Sequence record: LR756508.1
DNA: 64,000 bases
Strand: one strand, 5' to 3'
The translations under genes were made by a program, and so were the position numbers. Positions 37,149 through 46,763 of this stretch are shown piece by piece (within the stretch, counting starts at the first letter, position 1; the number at the start of each line of letters is the position of its first letter). The notes beneath the pieces were generated by a model, which worked only from the letters and a program-made list of their open reading frames with translations, was not told the origin of the DNA and made no database searches.

Positions 37149-38411
37149 ATGCAGAAACTGCAGGACTTACTTTTTGAGGCGGTTTCTCCACTTCTATATC
37201 ACGTTACCGATCTTGGAAGAGCAGTCAATATTTTAAAAGAAGATAAGTTCCGTCTAACGCCTGCTTTTGGAACTGGAAGTGACATGGAAAAACAAAAAGG
37301 CAAGCTTTACTTTCTTAGCACTTCGCGTATAAAGTATGGAGGATACACGAGAAGTCTATCAGACGAAGGATACGTGAATATGGAGCTAGATGGCCGAAAG
37401 TTAGGTCACAACTATCAATCTGTTAACGTTGATTACTGGGATGGAGAATTTAGAGATGTTGCCTGGCAGAAAGGAGACATGCAGCAGTTTTTAAGGTATG
37501 ATGAAAACGAAGAAAGAATTATCACCGACGACGCAGAAATTAAACCAGCCACAAAATATATTAAGTCGCTGCACGTAATAGTGGGAGAAGACGTCAAACA
37601 AAGAAAGAAAAAGAAATACAAGAAACTAGAAAAGTTAGCTAAGAAAAATAGAGTCGAAATACATTTCTACACAAATCCAAAGCACTGGAAAAGGCAGTGG
37701 GAAGAAAAAGCTGATAGTTCAGTTTCTGAAATGTTTGGAGAAATTGAAGGAGAGTATGAAGATGCTGGTACTCCGAGAGTTTATGGGACTCCGACTTATA
37801 TTACGGGTGCGGTAGAATTATTCAAAGCAGACAGCCTGGAAGACTTGCCTGAAGATGGGCAGGAAATGTTCAAAAAACTAAAGAATAGCACTCCTCATAA
37901 CTTTGAGAACGTTCTTAAGAACAAAATTCATAATAACAAGTCAAACCCGAAGGTTCTCGATGACATAAAGTTTCTGGCTGGAAAAATGAAGCAGGAAGGA
38001 AAAAACAGTATAAGTGGCCTTATTGAAATTCTTTCACAAGAGGTAAAAGAACTTCAAAAGCAAGACTTGGATGGGTTGAAAAGAAAATATGACAGTTTAG
38101 TTAAAGCTATTCTTGACTTCTATAACATAAAAGATAAACCTGAACCTTCGGAGAAGGACCTAAATAGAAAAGGGCACTTGGATGCTATAATCAAACACTT
38201 TTCTTTTGATAAGGGGAAGCCTAAAGAATGGGATAACCAGAGAACAAACAAAGCTCTGGAAGCTGTCAATGACATAGAAAGACTTCTTAGCGTTGGATTT
38301 TTTGATAATCTGCAGAAAGTTTTAGAGAAAGAAAACCGAGATCACGACCTGCTTAATTTCATTCATGAAGTCATTCAGCCAGTTGTGAGAAGGGTGATCG
38401 ATAATCTTTAA
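37149..38411 (+). CDS. ART-fold candidate (H-S-E type) with short leader MQKLQDLLFE and helical C-terminal half
   Basis: LLYHVT..NILKE..YFLSTSR..ELDG..ENEERI. Confidence 0.55.
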   Translation: MQKLQDLLFEAVSPLLYHVTDLGRAVNILKEDKFRLTPAFGTGSDMEKQKGKLYFLSTSRIKYGGYTRSLSDEGYVNMELDGRKLGHNYQSVNVDYWDGEFRDVAWQKGDMQQFLRYDENEERIITDDAEIKPATKYIKSLHVIVGEDVKQRKKKKYKKLEKLAKKNRVEIHFYTNPKHWKRQWEEKADSSVSEMFGEIEGEYEDAGTPRVYGTPTYITGAVELFKADSLEDLPEDGQEMFKKLKNSTPHNFENVLKNKIHNNKSNPKVLDDIKFLAGKMKQEGKNSISGLIEILSQEVKELQKQDLDGLKRKYDSLVKAILDFYNIKDKPEPSEKDLNRKGHLDAIIKHFSFDKGKPKEWDNQRTNKALEAVNDIERLLSVGFFDNLQKVLEKENRDHDLLNFIHEVIQPVVRRVIDNL

Positions 38412-38464
38412 TATGAAGCTTAAATTTTTTAAAGCAGTAGTTTTATAGTTTATCATATCTCAAA

Positions 38465-40198
38465 ATGGTCCCAAACCGAAAGCAGATCAAATTAATCATT
38501 GATCAAAACCCCTCGACTTTCTACTGGAAAATTAAGTCTAAATACCCTGATTTCTTTGAGAGTGTTAAAAATAGATCAACTGGCGAGAGTTTTTCCGAAA
38601 AACTTTACCTCGAATTAAACGAAAAAGGTCAAAGATTTTGTAACATTAAAGGCTGCTCTGGTATATGCGAATTTCAAACTATAAACCACGGGTATGATAA
38701 TTTTTGCTCTAAAAACTGTAGTAGTGAACACTGGTCAAATTCTCGTAGTAGGACTCAAAAATCTTTAGTCTGCGAAAAAGAGTTTGAGCTTCGAGAGTGT
38801 GAAAATCAAAAATTATGTTCCATTGAGTGCAGAAATGAGTGGCTTTCGAAAGAAGAAGTGGTTAAAAAAAGAGTTGAAAAGGCAGAAGAAACATTAAATG
38901 AAAAATATGGAGACTCAACTTTTAGAAATGTGGAAAAAATCAAAAAGACAAAAAAAGATCGTTATGGCGATTCTAACTATAACAACTTAGAAAAAATGAA
39001 AGCCACGAAAGAAAAGCGTCACGGCGATCCTTTTTATGCGAACCTTAAAGAAATGAGGAGAAAAAACAAAGAAAAGTACGGAAATAGACAGATATCAAAG
39101 ACAGAATATTATAGCAGTAAGAGAGAAAAAACAGACTTTAAAAAGTTTTTCAACAAACTGGTAAATTTAGACAGGTTATCAGATAAAGTTGAGCCTTTGT
39201 TTTCTCTCGATGAATATGAGGGAGTGCGTTACTACAAAGAATACGAATTTAAGTGTCTTGAATGTAATGCTAAATTCGAGGATCATTTAATGAGTGGCCA
39301 TGTTCCTCGATGTCCGAGCTGTTATCCAATCAAAGATTACTCCTCTAAAGCCGAAAAAGAGATATTTGAATATGTATCCAAGTTGTTAGACGTGGAGGTT
39401 CAGCGAAATGTAGAGAACGTTCTTGAACAAAAAGAACTGGATATATTTGTTCTTGAGAAAAATTTAGCTATTGAATTTAACGGTCTATACTGGCATTCGG
39501 AAAATGCTGGAGATAAAAGTAAAGAGTACCATCTACAAAAAACTAATCAGTGTGAAGAGAAAGAAATTCATTTAGTTCATATTTTTGAGGACGAATGGAT
39601 TGATAAACAGAATATTGTCAAGAACAGGTTGAAGCACCTCCTTGATAAAAATCATCAGAGGCTTTGTGGAAGAGACTGCAGTTTAAAAGAAGTAACTACC
39701 AAAAAGAAAAATGAATTTTTAAATCAGCATCATCTTCAAGGTCCAGTTAGCGACAAAGTTTGTTATGGACTCTATTATCAGAATGATCTCGTTTCTTTAA
39801 TGTCTTTTGGAAAGACGAGATATGACAACGGATGGGAAATTTATCGGTTTTGTAACTCAAACGTTTCGGTTGTAGGTGGAGCAAGTAAACTGCTTCATAA
39901 ATTTACTGAAGACTATAATCCTGATAGAATTGTAAGTTATGCTGATAGGCGGTGGTCTATGAAAGGAAATACATTTTATAACAAAATTGGATTCGAGTTT
40001 GAAAATGCTACTGATCCGAACTATTGGTATATGAAAGATTATCGCGAAAGAGAATATCGATTCAAGTATAGAAAAAGTCAGTTAGAGAATATATTAGAAG
40101 AGTTTGATTCAAGTTTGACCGAGTGGGAAAACATGCAGATGAATGGTTACGACCGAATTTGGGATTGTGGAAACTTGAAATTTGTGTGGAGGAAATGA
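38465..40198 (+). CDS. Endonuclease family paralog 4
   Basis: YEFKCLEC..GHVPRCPSC, ELDIFVLEKNLAIEFNGLYWHS, VSYADRRWS, RIWDCG. Confidence 0.75.
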   Translation: MVPNRKQIKLIIDQNPSTFYWKIKSKYPDFFESVKNRSTGESFSEKLYLELNEKGQRFCNIKGCSGICEFQTINHGYDNFCSKNCSSEHWSNSRSRTQKSLVCEKEFELRECENQKLCSIECRNEWLSKEEVVKKRVEKAEETLNEKYGDSTFRNVEKIKKTKKDRYGDSNYNNLEKMKATKEKRHGDPFYANLKEMRRKNKEKYGNRQISKTEYYSSKREKTDFKKFFNKLVNLDRLSDKVEPLFSLDEYEGVRYYKEYEFKCLECNAKFEDHLMSGHVPRCPSCYPIKDYSSKAEKEIFEYVSKLLDVEVQRNVENVLEQKELDIFVLEKNLAIEFNGLYWHSENAGDKSKEYHLQKTNQCEEKEIHLVHIFEDEWIDKQNIVKNRLKHLLDKNHQRLCGRDCSLKEVTTKKKNEFLNQHHLQGPVSDKVCYGLYYQNDLVSLMSFGKTRYDNGWEIYRFCNSNVSVVGGASKLLHKFTEDYNPDRIVSYADRRWSMKGNTFYNKIGFEFENATDPNYWYMKDYREREYRFKYRKSQLENILEEFDSSLTEWENMQMNGYDRIWDCGNLKFVWRK

Positions 40199-40223
40199 CT
40201 TTTTCTGCTTTTCGTATACTTAC

Positions 40224-40541
40224 ACATGACGTTCAAGAAAGCCTCTGTGGCTTTAACCGCAGGATAAATTGTACTAATAAGAACAATAAAATGAAGACAG
40301 AAAACGACCAGATACAGTGGCAAGAACGCTGGTTTTGGAAAGTATGTCGGGGAAACCCGTCTACCTGGAGTCCATGGCGTCTCCCAGGAAAGCTCGGCAA
40401 GCTCAAGCGAGTTCAAGAGTTTTCATGTAGCTCGCGGAGTGGAAACCTCTGCAGGTCAAGTTTCTGCTAAGAACGCGAGAAAGATTGTTTTGAAGATAAC
40501 CGAGACAAGAATCTCTTCCCTTTGGCGAAGAGAGGCGTCAA
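40224..40541 (+). mobile_element. Complete non-autonomous IS200/IS605-type element (no tnpA or tnpB), second copy of the 1-224 type
   Basis: TTAC|acatgacgttcaag-AAAG-cctctgtggctttaaccgcagg left end; GAAT-ctcttccctttggcgaagagag-gcg-TCAA right end. Confidence 0.8.
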
Positions 40542-40618
40542 CCTTTTGTATACTTAAAAAAGGAATGATTGAAGAGAAAACTGTTATTTTCTAAATCTAA
40601 ATTAAAAAGAACAACATA

Positions 40619-41383
40619 ATGCAAAATACAACTGTTATTGATTTGCCTTCCGAAGGTAGGTTTTATCCTTCAGAACACCCGCTTTCAAACGGCGAAATAG
40701 AAGTTCGTTATATGACCGCAGCAGATGAAGATATCTTGACAGATCAGAACTTACTTCGCAAAGGAAAGGCTCTGGACCGCCTCCTTGAAAATGTGATTGT
40801 AGAAGACGGGGTTACACTTGATGACTTGCTAGTAGGCGATAAAGGAGCTATTGTTCTTGCTACCCGAATCCTCGCTTATGGACCTAACTACGCTTACGAA
40901 ATTGATTGTCCGAGGTGCAACGAAACTCAAGAAGAAAGTGTTGATCTCCGAGAAATTGAATCAAAAGAACTTCCAGAAGACGTAGATGAGGGATCTCGCG
41001 AGTTTACATTCAATCTACCAGTCTCGGAAGAGACTGTAAAAATTGAACTTCTTACTCACCGAGAAAACCAGCAAATTCAAGAAGAACTAAGAAACACGAG
41101 AAGGGGGGCGAACAAGAAAAAGCTCGGTGGACCTTCTATTTCCAAAGGTGTTACGACCAGACTTAAGCACCTAATCAAAGAGGTGGATGGCGAATCAGAC
41201 AGGACGGAAATTAATAAATTTGTTGAGCAAATGCCTGCTCGCGATTCACATGAACTTCGCAAATTCGTGCGGGAAGTTAACCCAGATCTCGACCTTACAC
41301 AAAGCTTTCTATGCGACTGGTGTGGGCACGAGGAGGTGATGCGCATCCCGTTGGATGCGAACTTTCTATTCCCTACCGAGTGA
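40619..41383 (+). CDS. Baseplate hub assembly / tail assembly chaperone (T4 gp26-like)
   Basis: IDLPSEGRFYP, EVRYMTAADEDIL, ATRILAYG, CPRC..CDWC; upstream of the tape measure gene. Confidence 0.8.
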   Translation: MQNTTVIDLPSEGRFYPSEHPLSNGEIEVRYMTAADEDILTDQNLLRKGKALDRLLENVIVEDGVTLDDLLVGDKGAIVLATRILAYGPNYAYEIDCPRCNETQEESVDLREIESKELPEDVDEGSREFTFNLPVSEETVKIELLTHRENQQIQEELRNTRRGANKKKLGGPSISKGVTTRLKHLIKEVDGESDRTEINKFVEQMPARDSHELRKFVREVNPDLDLTQSFLCDWCGHEEVMRIPLDANFLFPTE

Positions 41384-41642
41384 TTATAGCGGAAAGCTGC
41401 AGCAGGAGATTCAGCAGCTTATCTATTATAGTAATGGTGGGTATTCCTGGTATAACGTTTATCACCACATGCCTGTCCACCACAGGAAATTTCACCTAAG
41501 AAAACTACAAGAAATAAAAGACGAAGAAGCCAAGCAGATAGAGCAACAAAAGAAAGGAAAAACTCCAGCAGGCGGGGGAGCGAAAGGCAGTCAGGACTTC
41601 AACATTCCATCTTCTGTTAAAGGTTCTATGCAGGACAGTTGA
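41355..41642 (+). CDS. Small ORF overlapping the chaperone in the +1 frame (gpT-like candidate)
   Basis: 95 aa, 29-nt overlap; GGYSWYNVYHHMPVHHRKFHLRKL. Confidence 0.6.
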   Translation: MRTFYSLPSDYSGKLQQEIQQLIYYSNGGYSWYNVYHHMPVHHRKFHLRKLQEIKDEEAKQIEQQKKGKTPAGGGAKGSQDFNIPSSVKGSMQDS

Positions 41643-41648
41643 TAATTC

Positions 41649-41668
41649 GGGAGTGCGGGAGCACTCCC
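41649..41668 (+). promoter_or_regulatory. 8-bp GC stem with GNRA loop (GGGAGTGC-GGGA-GCACTCCC)
   Basis: Perfect intergenic hairpin with no U-tract; TATAAT follows at 41674. Confidence 0.4.
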
Positions 41669-41693
41669 ATTCGTATAATAAGAGAGTTTTGAT

Positions 41694-41924
41694 ATGAGTG
41701 ATAAAAAGCAGCTTAAAGAAGGAAGAATCCGAAGATTTGTAGACTGGATTTTTTATAGCCTTTTAAACGGAATCAACGATTCTATTATCAATGCCCTACG
41801 GGATGACCCTGAAATTGACAAGGCTATCGAGGACTTCGAGGAGTCTCAGGAAGAACTTAAGTCAGCTCTTCGGGATATTGGCGAGAATCCGCAGAAATAT
41901 ATCGATGCGATGGACAAAAAATAA
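41694..41924 (+). CDS. Small hypothetical protein before the tape measure gene
   Basis: 76 aa helical ORF. Confidence 0.65.
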   Translation: MSDKKQLKEGRIRRFVDWIFYSLLNGINDSIINALRDDPEIDKAIEDFEESQEELKSALRDIGENPQKYIDAMDKK

Positions 41925-41949
41925 CTTGAACTTTTAACCGTGAACTTTA

Positions 41950-44900
41950 ATGGCAAATGGGGAAGAAGAAAATCAAGATCCATTTGGCGAAGATCCCTTT
42001 GGGGATCTTGAAGCCTCAATAACCGATTCTTTTAGTCGCCTCCAGCAGTCCATCGATGCGCACACAGATCAAATGAACGAAATGCAGGGAGGTGCTGCCG
42101 ATACTCTATTCTCTTCTGACTTTCTCAATTCTCTCAACGAAAACCTTTCAAGGGTAGCAGATAATCAAGAGCAGATTCTTCAGCAGCAGGAAGACTTAAA
42201 AACTGAGTATGAACAGCTAAATTCAAATCTTACTACAGTTAATACTTCTCTATCTGACCTGCAGGATAATATAAATAGCTTTTCCCTGCCGGGAACAAGT
42301 TTTGACTTCTCTCCAGTCCGTTCTTCAATTCAACGTCTGCAGTCTGTCTTTCAAGAAAGACTTCAAGTTCTGTCTCAAAAAATTGACGGCATATCAATGC
42401 CTAATGAAGTTGAGGCAGACTTTGATATAAACTTAGAATCCTTGCGTTCTCCTATACGAAGCCTGCAGTCTGTTTTTCAAGGTGGGTTTCAGGTTTTATC
42501 CCAAAAAATTGAGGACATCTCTATTCCAGAAGACTTGGAGGCCAATGTCGAATTTGACGAGAGTTCTGTAGTTTTAGCTATTGAAAACCTTAGAACATCT
42601 CTTAACAGAAAAACACAAGAATTCATAAATCGATTTGGAGACTTTGCAGAACTCGAAAACACTCTTGAGTTTTCTAATAATAATTTTGAACCTGTCATAT
42701 CCTCGATCAGAAGTCTCCAATCTGTAGTTCAAGGAGGATTTCAAAGTTTTTCTGAAAAACTTTCCGAGATTTCTTTTCCAACTGAAACTGAGACAAATAT
42801 ACACTTTAACGAAGACCGTCTCATTTCTGCTATTGAGAGCGTAAGAGCTACGTTTCGAAATGAGATTCAAAGACTTTCTGCAGACTTGAGTGGAGTATCC
42901 AACATTGAAAATGTTGAATCGGAAACTGACGTTGATTCAATCAGGTCCGCAGTCTCGGAAGGCGTAACTGAAGCCATGGTCAGAATCGAGCAGCAGAGGT
43001 TAATGCAGAGAGGGAGGAGTGAAAATCAGGCTAATGAGACTCAACGAACAACAACTCCCACTCCAGTCCAAACGAGCGTTTCTATTGGAGATATTTCAGT
43101 TCCAAACATAGGAACGGGAGGAATTCCACGAATTTCGAACCTTCTTTCTGGAAATGTAACCTTAAATCAAGAATTCCCCGAATTTCTTTCTGAACTTGAG
43201 GCCAGAAATAAAACGTTGTCCGAAGCTATAAGCGTTACTAACCGGGAGTTAACTGGCTTCCAGGGAAGCTTGTCTGATCTCATTGAGACTGGTGAAGACG
43301 TTGAAGAAATTGATCTTGGAGATGCTCTCGGAGGAAATCTTAAAAAGAACGTGGAAGGATATCAACAAGCTATTGATGGGTTGTTTGATAAATTTACGAA
43401 TGTGATCGGGGATCAAGGCGAAAAGCTAGTTTCAACTACAAGAAATATAATTAAAGAAACTGGCGAACAGCTTAGATTTGAGCAGATCCAACCCGATAAT
43501 CTTGTAGGGCTCGTTTCAAGAGACCTTGGTTATGAAGAGGTTTACGAGCAGCTTGAAACGATGGCTCAAAATATCGAAAACGAGTTTATTTCATCTGCCG
43601 CAAATATAGCTGCTGGAGTTGAAGATCAAGAAATGCTTCAAAAAATGAACCAGCAGATAGCTGGCTCGATGAACCAGATATTTGAGGTTTATCAGCAGCT
43701 TGAGCAGCAGGATCTGAACCGGATGGAAATTAAGCAAGGTCTTGTAACCGCTACTGAGCAGATTAAGGAGGAATCTCAAGAACTACGAGAAACAAACGAA
43801 CAGTTTGCCGATCAACAAGACGCAGTTCTCTCCCAGCTTGTAGAAAGCGTTGATCAAGTTGAAAAAATAAAACAAAAAAGAGAGGCTCAAAACGAGGTTT
43901 ATTCGCGTTACTTTGGAATGCTAGAGAGCGTCCAGGACAGATATGAGGATATGCAGACTCTGCTTTCTGGCATTGGAGAAATGATGAGTAGCCCAAAAAT
44001 GTGGGGACTTGCTGCTTTGAACGGGGCTCTGGCCCTTGGATATCAAATCTACGACCAGATATTGGATATTGATGAGAGCCTTCTTGGAGTCGCCGATAGC
44101 ACTGGATTAGTGCAGGAAAACTTATCGGAGGTAAGGAATGTTGTAATGGACATTCAAGGTCCTCTTATGGCAAGAGGTGCTACTCTAGAGCAGATTGCCC
44201 AGTCGGTGGGAATGATTAGATCTCAAATGCAGGGGGCAAACGTTACGACCGAGCGGCTAGGCATGAACACCGAAGAGCTTTCAAGTGCAATTGTCGACGT
44301 GGCAACTGGATTTAATGTTTCTAACGAGGCGGCAGCAGAAGTTCTCTCTACAATGCAGGTGATCACTGACGCTACGGGCTCTGCACTTGAGGATACATTG
44401 ATTATGACTCAGCAGCTTGCGACCCAGCGCGAAGTAGCTCCACAAGCTGTGTTTAGTGATATTCGAAATGCGTCCGAAGAAATAGCAGAATACGGAGAAA
44501 TAAATGCAAGAAATATAGCGAATGCCGCTGTTAGCGCAAGAGAACTTGGGACGAACTTAAACGAAGTTCTTGGTATAGCGAAAAACTTTAGAAATGATAT
44601 TGTGGGTTCTGTTCAGTCTCTCCAGCAGGCAGAGCTTATGCTCGGGCAGCGCATTCCCGCAGAAGAGCTTGTTAGTGCATCCTTTGAGTCTCCCGAGGCA
44701 TTTACACGGGAGCTACGAAATACGATAGAAAATCTTAACTTAGATCTGGATGGACCTCTTGCCACGTATAGACTACAATCTCTTTCCGATGCGTTTGGAG
44801 TTTCCGTGCAGAGACTGCGTGAGATGGCCGAATCCGCCGAGGCAGCGGAAAAAGCTCTTGAGTCGGTTCCTGCCGGAGAACGCTTCGGAGTTTTGAACGA

Positions 44901-46758
44901 TAAAATTTTGGCGAGCCAGACTAGGTTCGAAGCAGTTACAAACAGAGTGACTGGTTTCGGAAAAGCACTTCTTAATCTTTTTGCGGAGCCAGTGATTAAC
45001 ACTATTGAGCCGATAATGAGCGAGTTATCACTCCTCCTTAGAAATATCATGGATCGGTTCGGGAACTTGACTGACCAGTATGAAAATGTAAAAAATAAAT
45101 CTCTTCAGGTTGGAGAAGCCTTTGGCGTCGTTCAAAATGAACTTAACAAATTTGGAGAAGGAGCGACGGGGACAAAGGCCAAAACTGCTAGCTTAGCAGA
45201 TACTGTAATAAGTTTTGCGGAGAGCGCTTACCATGCCGGTAAAACCTTAGTGGGTTTAACGGATGACATAGTAACAATTGTTGACGCAGTTACTCCACTT
45301 TTTGAGGCGGTTAATTCTGTAATTCAAACATTTGAAAGTCTCGGCGAGACTTTAGGAATTGGTGGGGGAACTGGTGTTATTGTTGGACTTGCTTCTCTCT
45401 ACGGTGGGTTTAAAGGTTTAAGTGCAATTGTGCGAGGCGGAGTGATTCCAGCAGTTAGCAGTTTCTTACCGTCTCTGGCCTCTATGGGTTCTTACCTTGA
45501 TGATGCAATACCCCTTACAACTAGGTTTAGCAGCACTTTATCTACCACCTCTTCTACAATGGGATCTGCCTCTAAAGCAGCAGGTACTGCTGGAAGTGCA
45601 TTAAGTGGATTAGGAACTCAGCTAGCATTAACTGCAGGTGCTGTGTACATCGCCTCCGAAGCTATGCAGAACTTTGCAGAACTTTCTTGGGGCGAAATTA
45701 CTAAAGGAATCTTTGGAATGGCCGGGGCACTTGGAACTATGACTTTGGCTTTACGAGGCATGAATACAGTCCTTTCTACCGTTAACTGGGCGACGATGGC
45801 CGCTGCGGGTGGAACAATGATTGCATTTGCCGGAGCAACGTGGATTTTAGCCGATGCAATGAAAGGATTTGCCGAGGCAGGATCTGAAGGACTCGGAGTC
45901 ATGGCTGGTGCGGTTGGTATATTAAGTGCATTTGGAGGCACCTTGACTGCCTTGATAGGGGGAACTGGAGGAATTGGAGCTGGAGCTGCTTTAGCTGCGG
46001 CGGGGGTTGTTGGTGCATTCGGCTTAGCACTTTATGGCGTGGCTGAAGCAGTAGAAACATTCGCAGACTCTGCAATGAAGATTGGAGATGCCGCCGAGCA
46101 GATCGGGAAACTTGAAAACACCGAAGAAATAGCCCGTAAAATTTCAACATTAACTGATGCTCTAAGCAGCATGTCTTCAATTTCTATAAGTAATATCTTT
46201 GCGGGGCTAGTAGGGGAAGGTGTAGCCGATCAAATTCAAATGATCGTTGAACTAGGCAGGCAGGCAGACCCCCTTGCTGAAGTCGCGAATTCTGTAAACC
46301 AGATAGCAGATGCGGCTGAGAGGCTTGCAGATGCTGAAATTTCAGGAACACTTTCACAGATTGAAGATGTAACGTCACAGTCGTTTGGAGAAGCGGCGGG
46401 TGGTGCAGTTCAAAGCATAACCTCTTACGTTTCGGATATCTTTTCGGGAGGGCAGCCTGAACCTACGGCAGCTCAACCAACTGATAATATGAATATTCAA
46501 ACTCAGGCGACAACTGGAGCAGTTAGTGTCGATCCTGCGCGAGATGAGGAAGAAACATCGAGGACTGCTGATAACCAGAGATTGACCGAAAACGTTCAAA
46601 ACCAAGAAGAAATGATTGGTTTACTTCAGCAAATAGCTCAAAATGAAAATGAACTTCTTAGTGCACTTAGAAATGGGGAGGTGGCAGTATATATGGATAG
46701 TGATGAAATAACAGATAAGGTTGCTAAACGATCAGCGCAGCGGAACTCAGTTAGATAA
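41950..46758 (+). CDS. Tail tape measure protein
   Basis: 1602 aa, helical Q/E-rich, followed by a Gly/Ala-rich hydrophobic region; canonical position after the chaperones. Confidence 0.85.
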   Translation: MANGEEENQDPFGEDPFGDLEASITDSFSRLQQSIDAHTDQMNEMQGGAADTLFSSDFLNSLNENLSRVADNQEQILQQQEDLKTEYEQLNSNLTTVNTSLSDLQDNINSFSLPGTSFDFSPVRSSIQRLQSVFQERLQVLSQKIDGISMPNEVEADFDINLESLRSPIRSLQSVFQGGFQVLSQKIEDISIPEDLEANVEFDESSVVLAIENLRTSLNRKTQEFINRFGDFAELENTLEFSNNNFEPVISSIRSLQSVVQGGFQSFSEKLSEISFPTETETNIHFNEDRLISAIESVRATFRNEIQRLSADLSGVSNIENVESETDVDSIRSAVSEGVTEAMVRIEQQRLMQRGRSENQANETQRTTTPTPVQTSVSIGDISVPNIGTGGIPRISNLLSGNVTLNQEFPEFLSELEARNKTLSEAISVTNRELTGFQGSLSDLIETGEDVEEIDLGDALGGNLKKNVEGYQQAIDGLFDKFTNVIGDQGEKLVSTTRNIIKETGEQLRFEQIQPDNLVGLVSRDLGYEEVYEQLETMAQNIENEFISSAANIAAGVEDQEMLQKMNQQIAGSMNQIFEVYQQLEQQDLNRMEIKQGLVTATEQIKEESQELRETNEQFADQQDAVLSQLVESVDQVEKIKQKREAQNEVYSRYFGMLESVQDRYEDMQTLLSGIGEMMSSPKMWGLAALNGALALGYQIYDQILDIDESLLGVADSTGLVQENLSEVRNVVMDIQGPLMARGATLEQIAQSVGMIRSQMQGANVTTERLGMNTEELSSAIVDVATGFNVSNEAAAEVLSTMQVITDATGSALEDTLIMTQQLATQREVAPQAVFSDIRNASEEIAEYGEINARNIANAAVSARELGTNLNEVLGIAKNFRNDIVGSVQSLQQAELMLGQRIPAEELVSASFESPEAFTRELRNTIENLNLDLDGPLATYRLQSLSDAFGVSVQRLREMAESAEAAEKALESVPAGERFGVLNDKILASQTRFEAVTNRVTGFGKALLNLFAEPVINTIEPIMSELSLLLRNIMDRFGNLTDQYENVKNKSLQVGEAFGVVQNELNKFGEGATGTKAKTASLADTVISFAESAYHAGKTLVGLTDDIVTIVDAVTPLFEAVNSVIQTFESLGETLGIGGGTGVIVGLASLYGGFKGLSAIVRGGVIPAVSSFLPSLASMGSYLDDAIPLTTRFSSTLSTTSSTMGSASKAAGTAGSALSGLGTQLALTAGAVYIASEAMQNFAELSWGEITKGIFGMAGALGTMTLALRGMNTVLSTVNWATMAAAGGTMIAFAGATWILADAMKGFAEAGSEGLGVMAGAVGILSAFGGTLTALIGGTGGIGAGAALAAAGVVGAFGLALYGVAEAVETFADSAMKIGDAAEQIGKLENTEEIARKISTLTDALSSMSSISISNIFAGLVGEGVADQIQMIVELGRQADPLAEVANSVNQIADAAERLADAEISGTLSQIEDVTSQSFGEAAGGAVQSITSYVSDIFSGGQPEPTAAQPTDNMNIQTQATTGAVSVDPARDEEETSRTADNQRLTENVQNQEEMIGLLQQIAQNENELLSALRNGEVAVYMDSDEITDKVAKRSAQRNSVR

Positions 46759-46763
46759 CAATT

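Noticed and set aside
40291-40470. 59-aa ORF (MKTENDQ...) inside the non-autonomous element
   Set aside because: The frame is not preserved in the copy at 1-224 (1-nt length difference), so it is more likely RNA or a tnpB-tail remnant.
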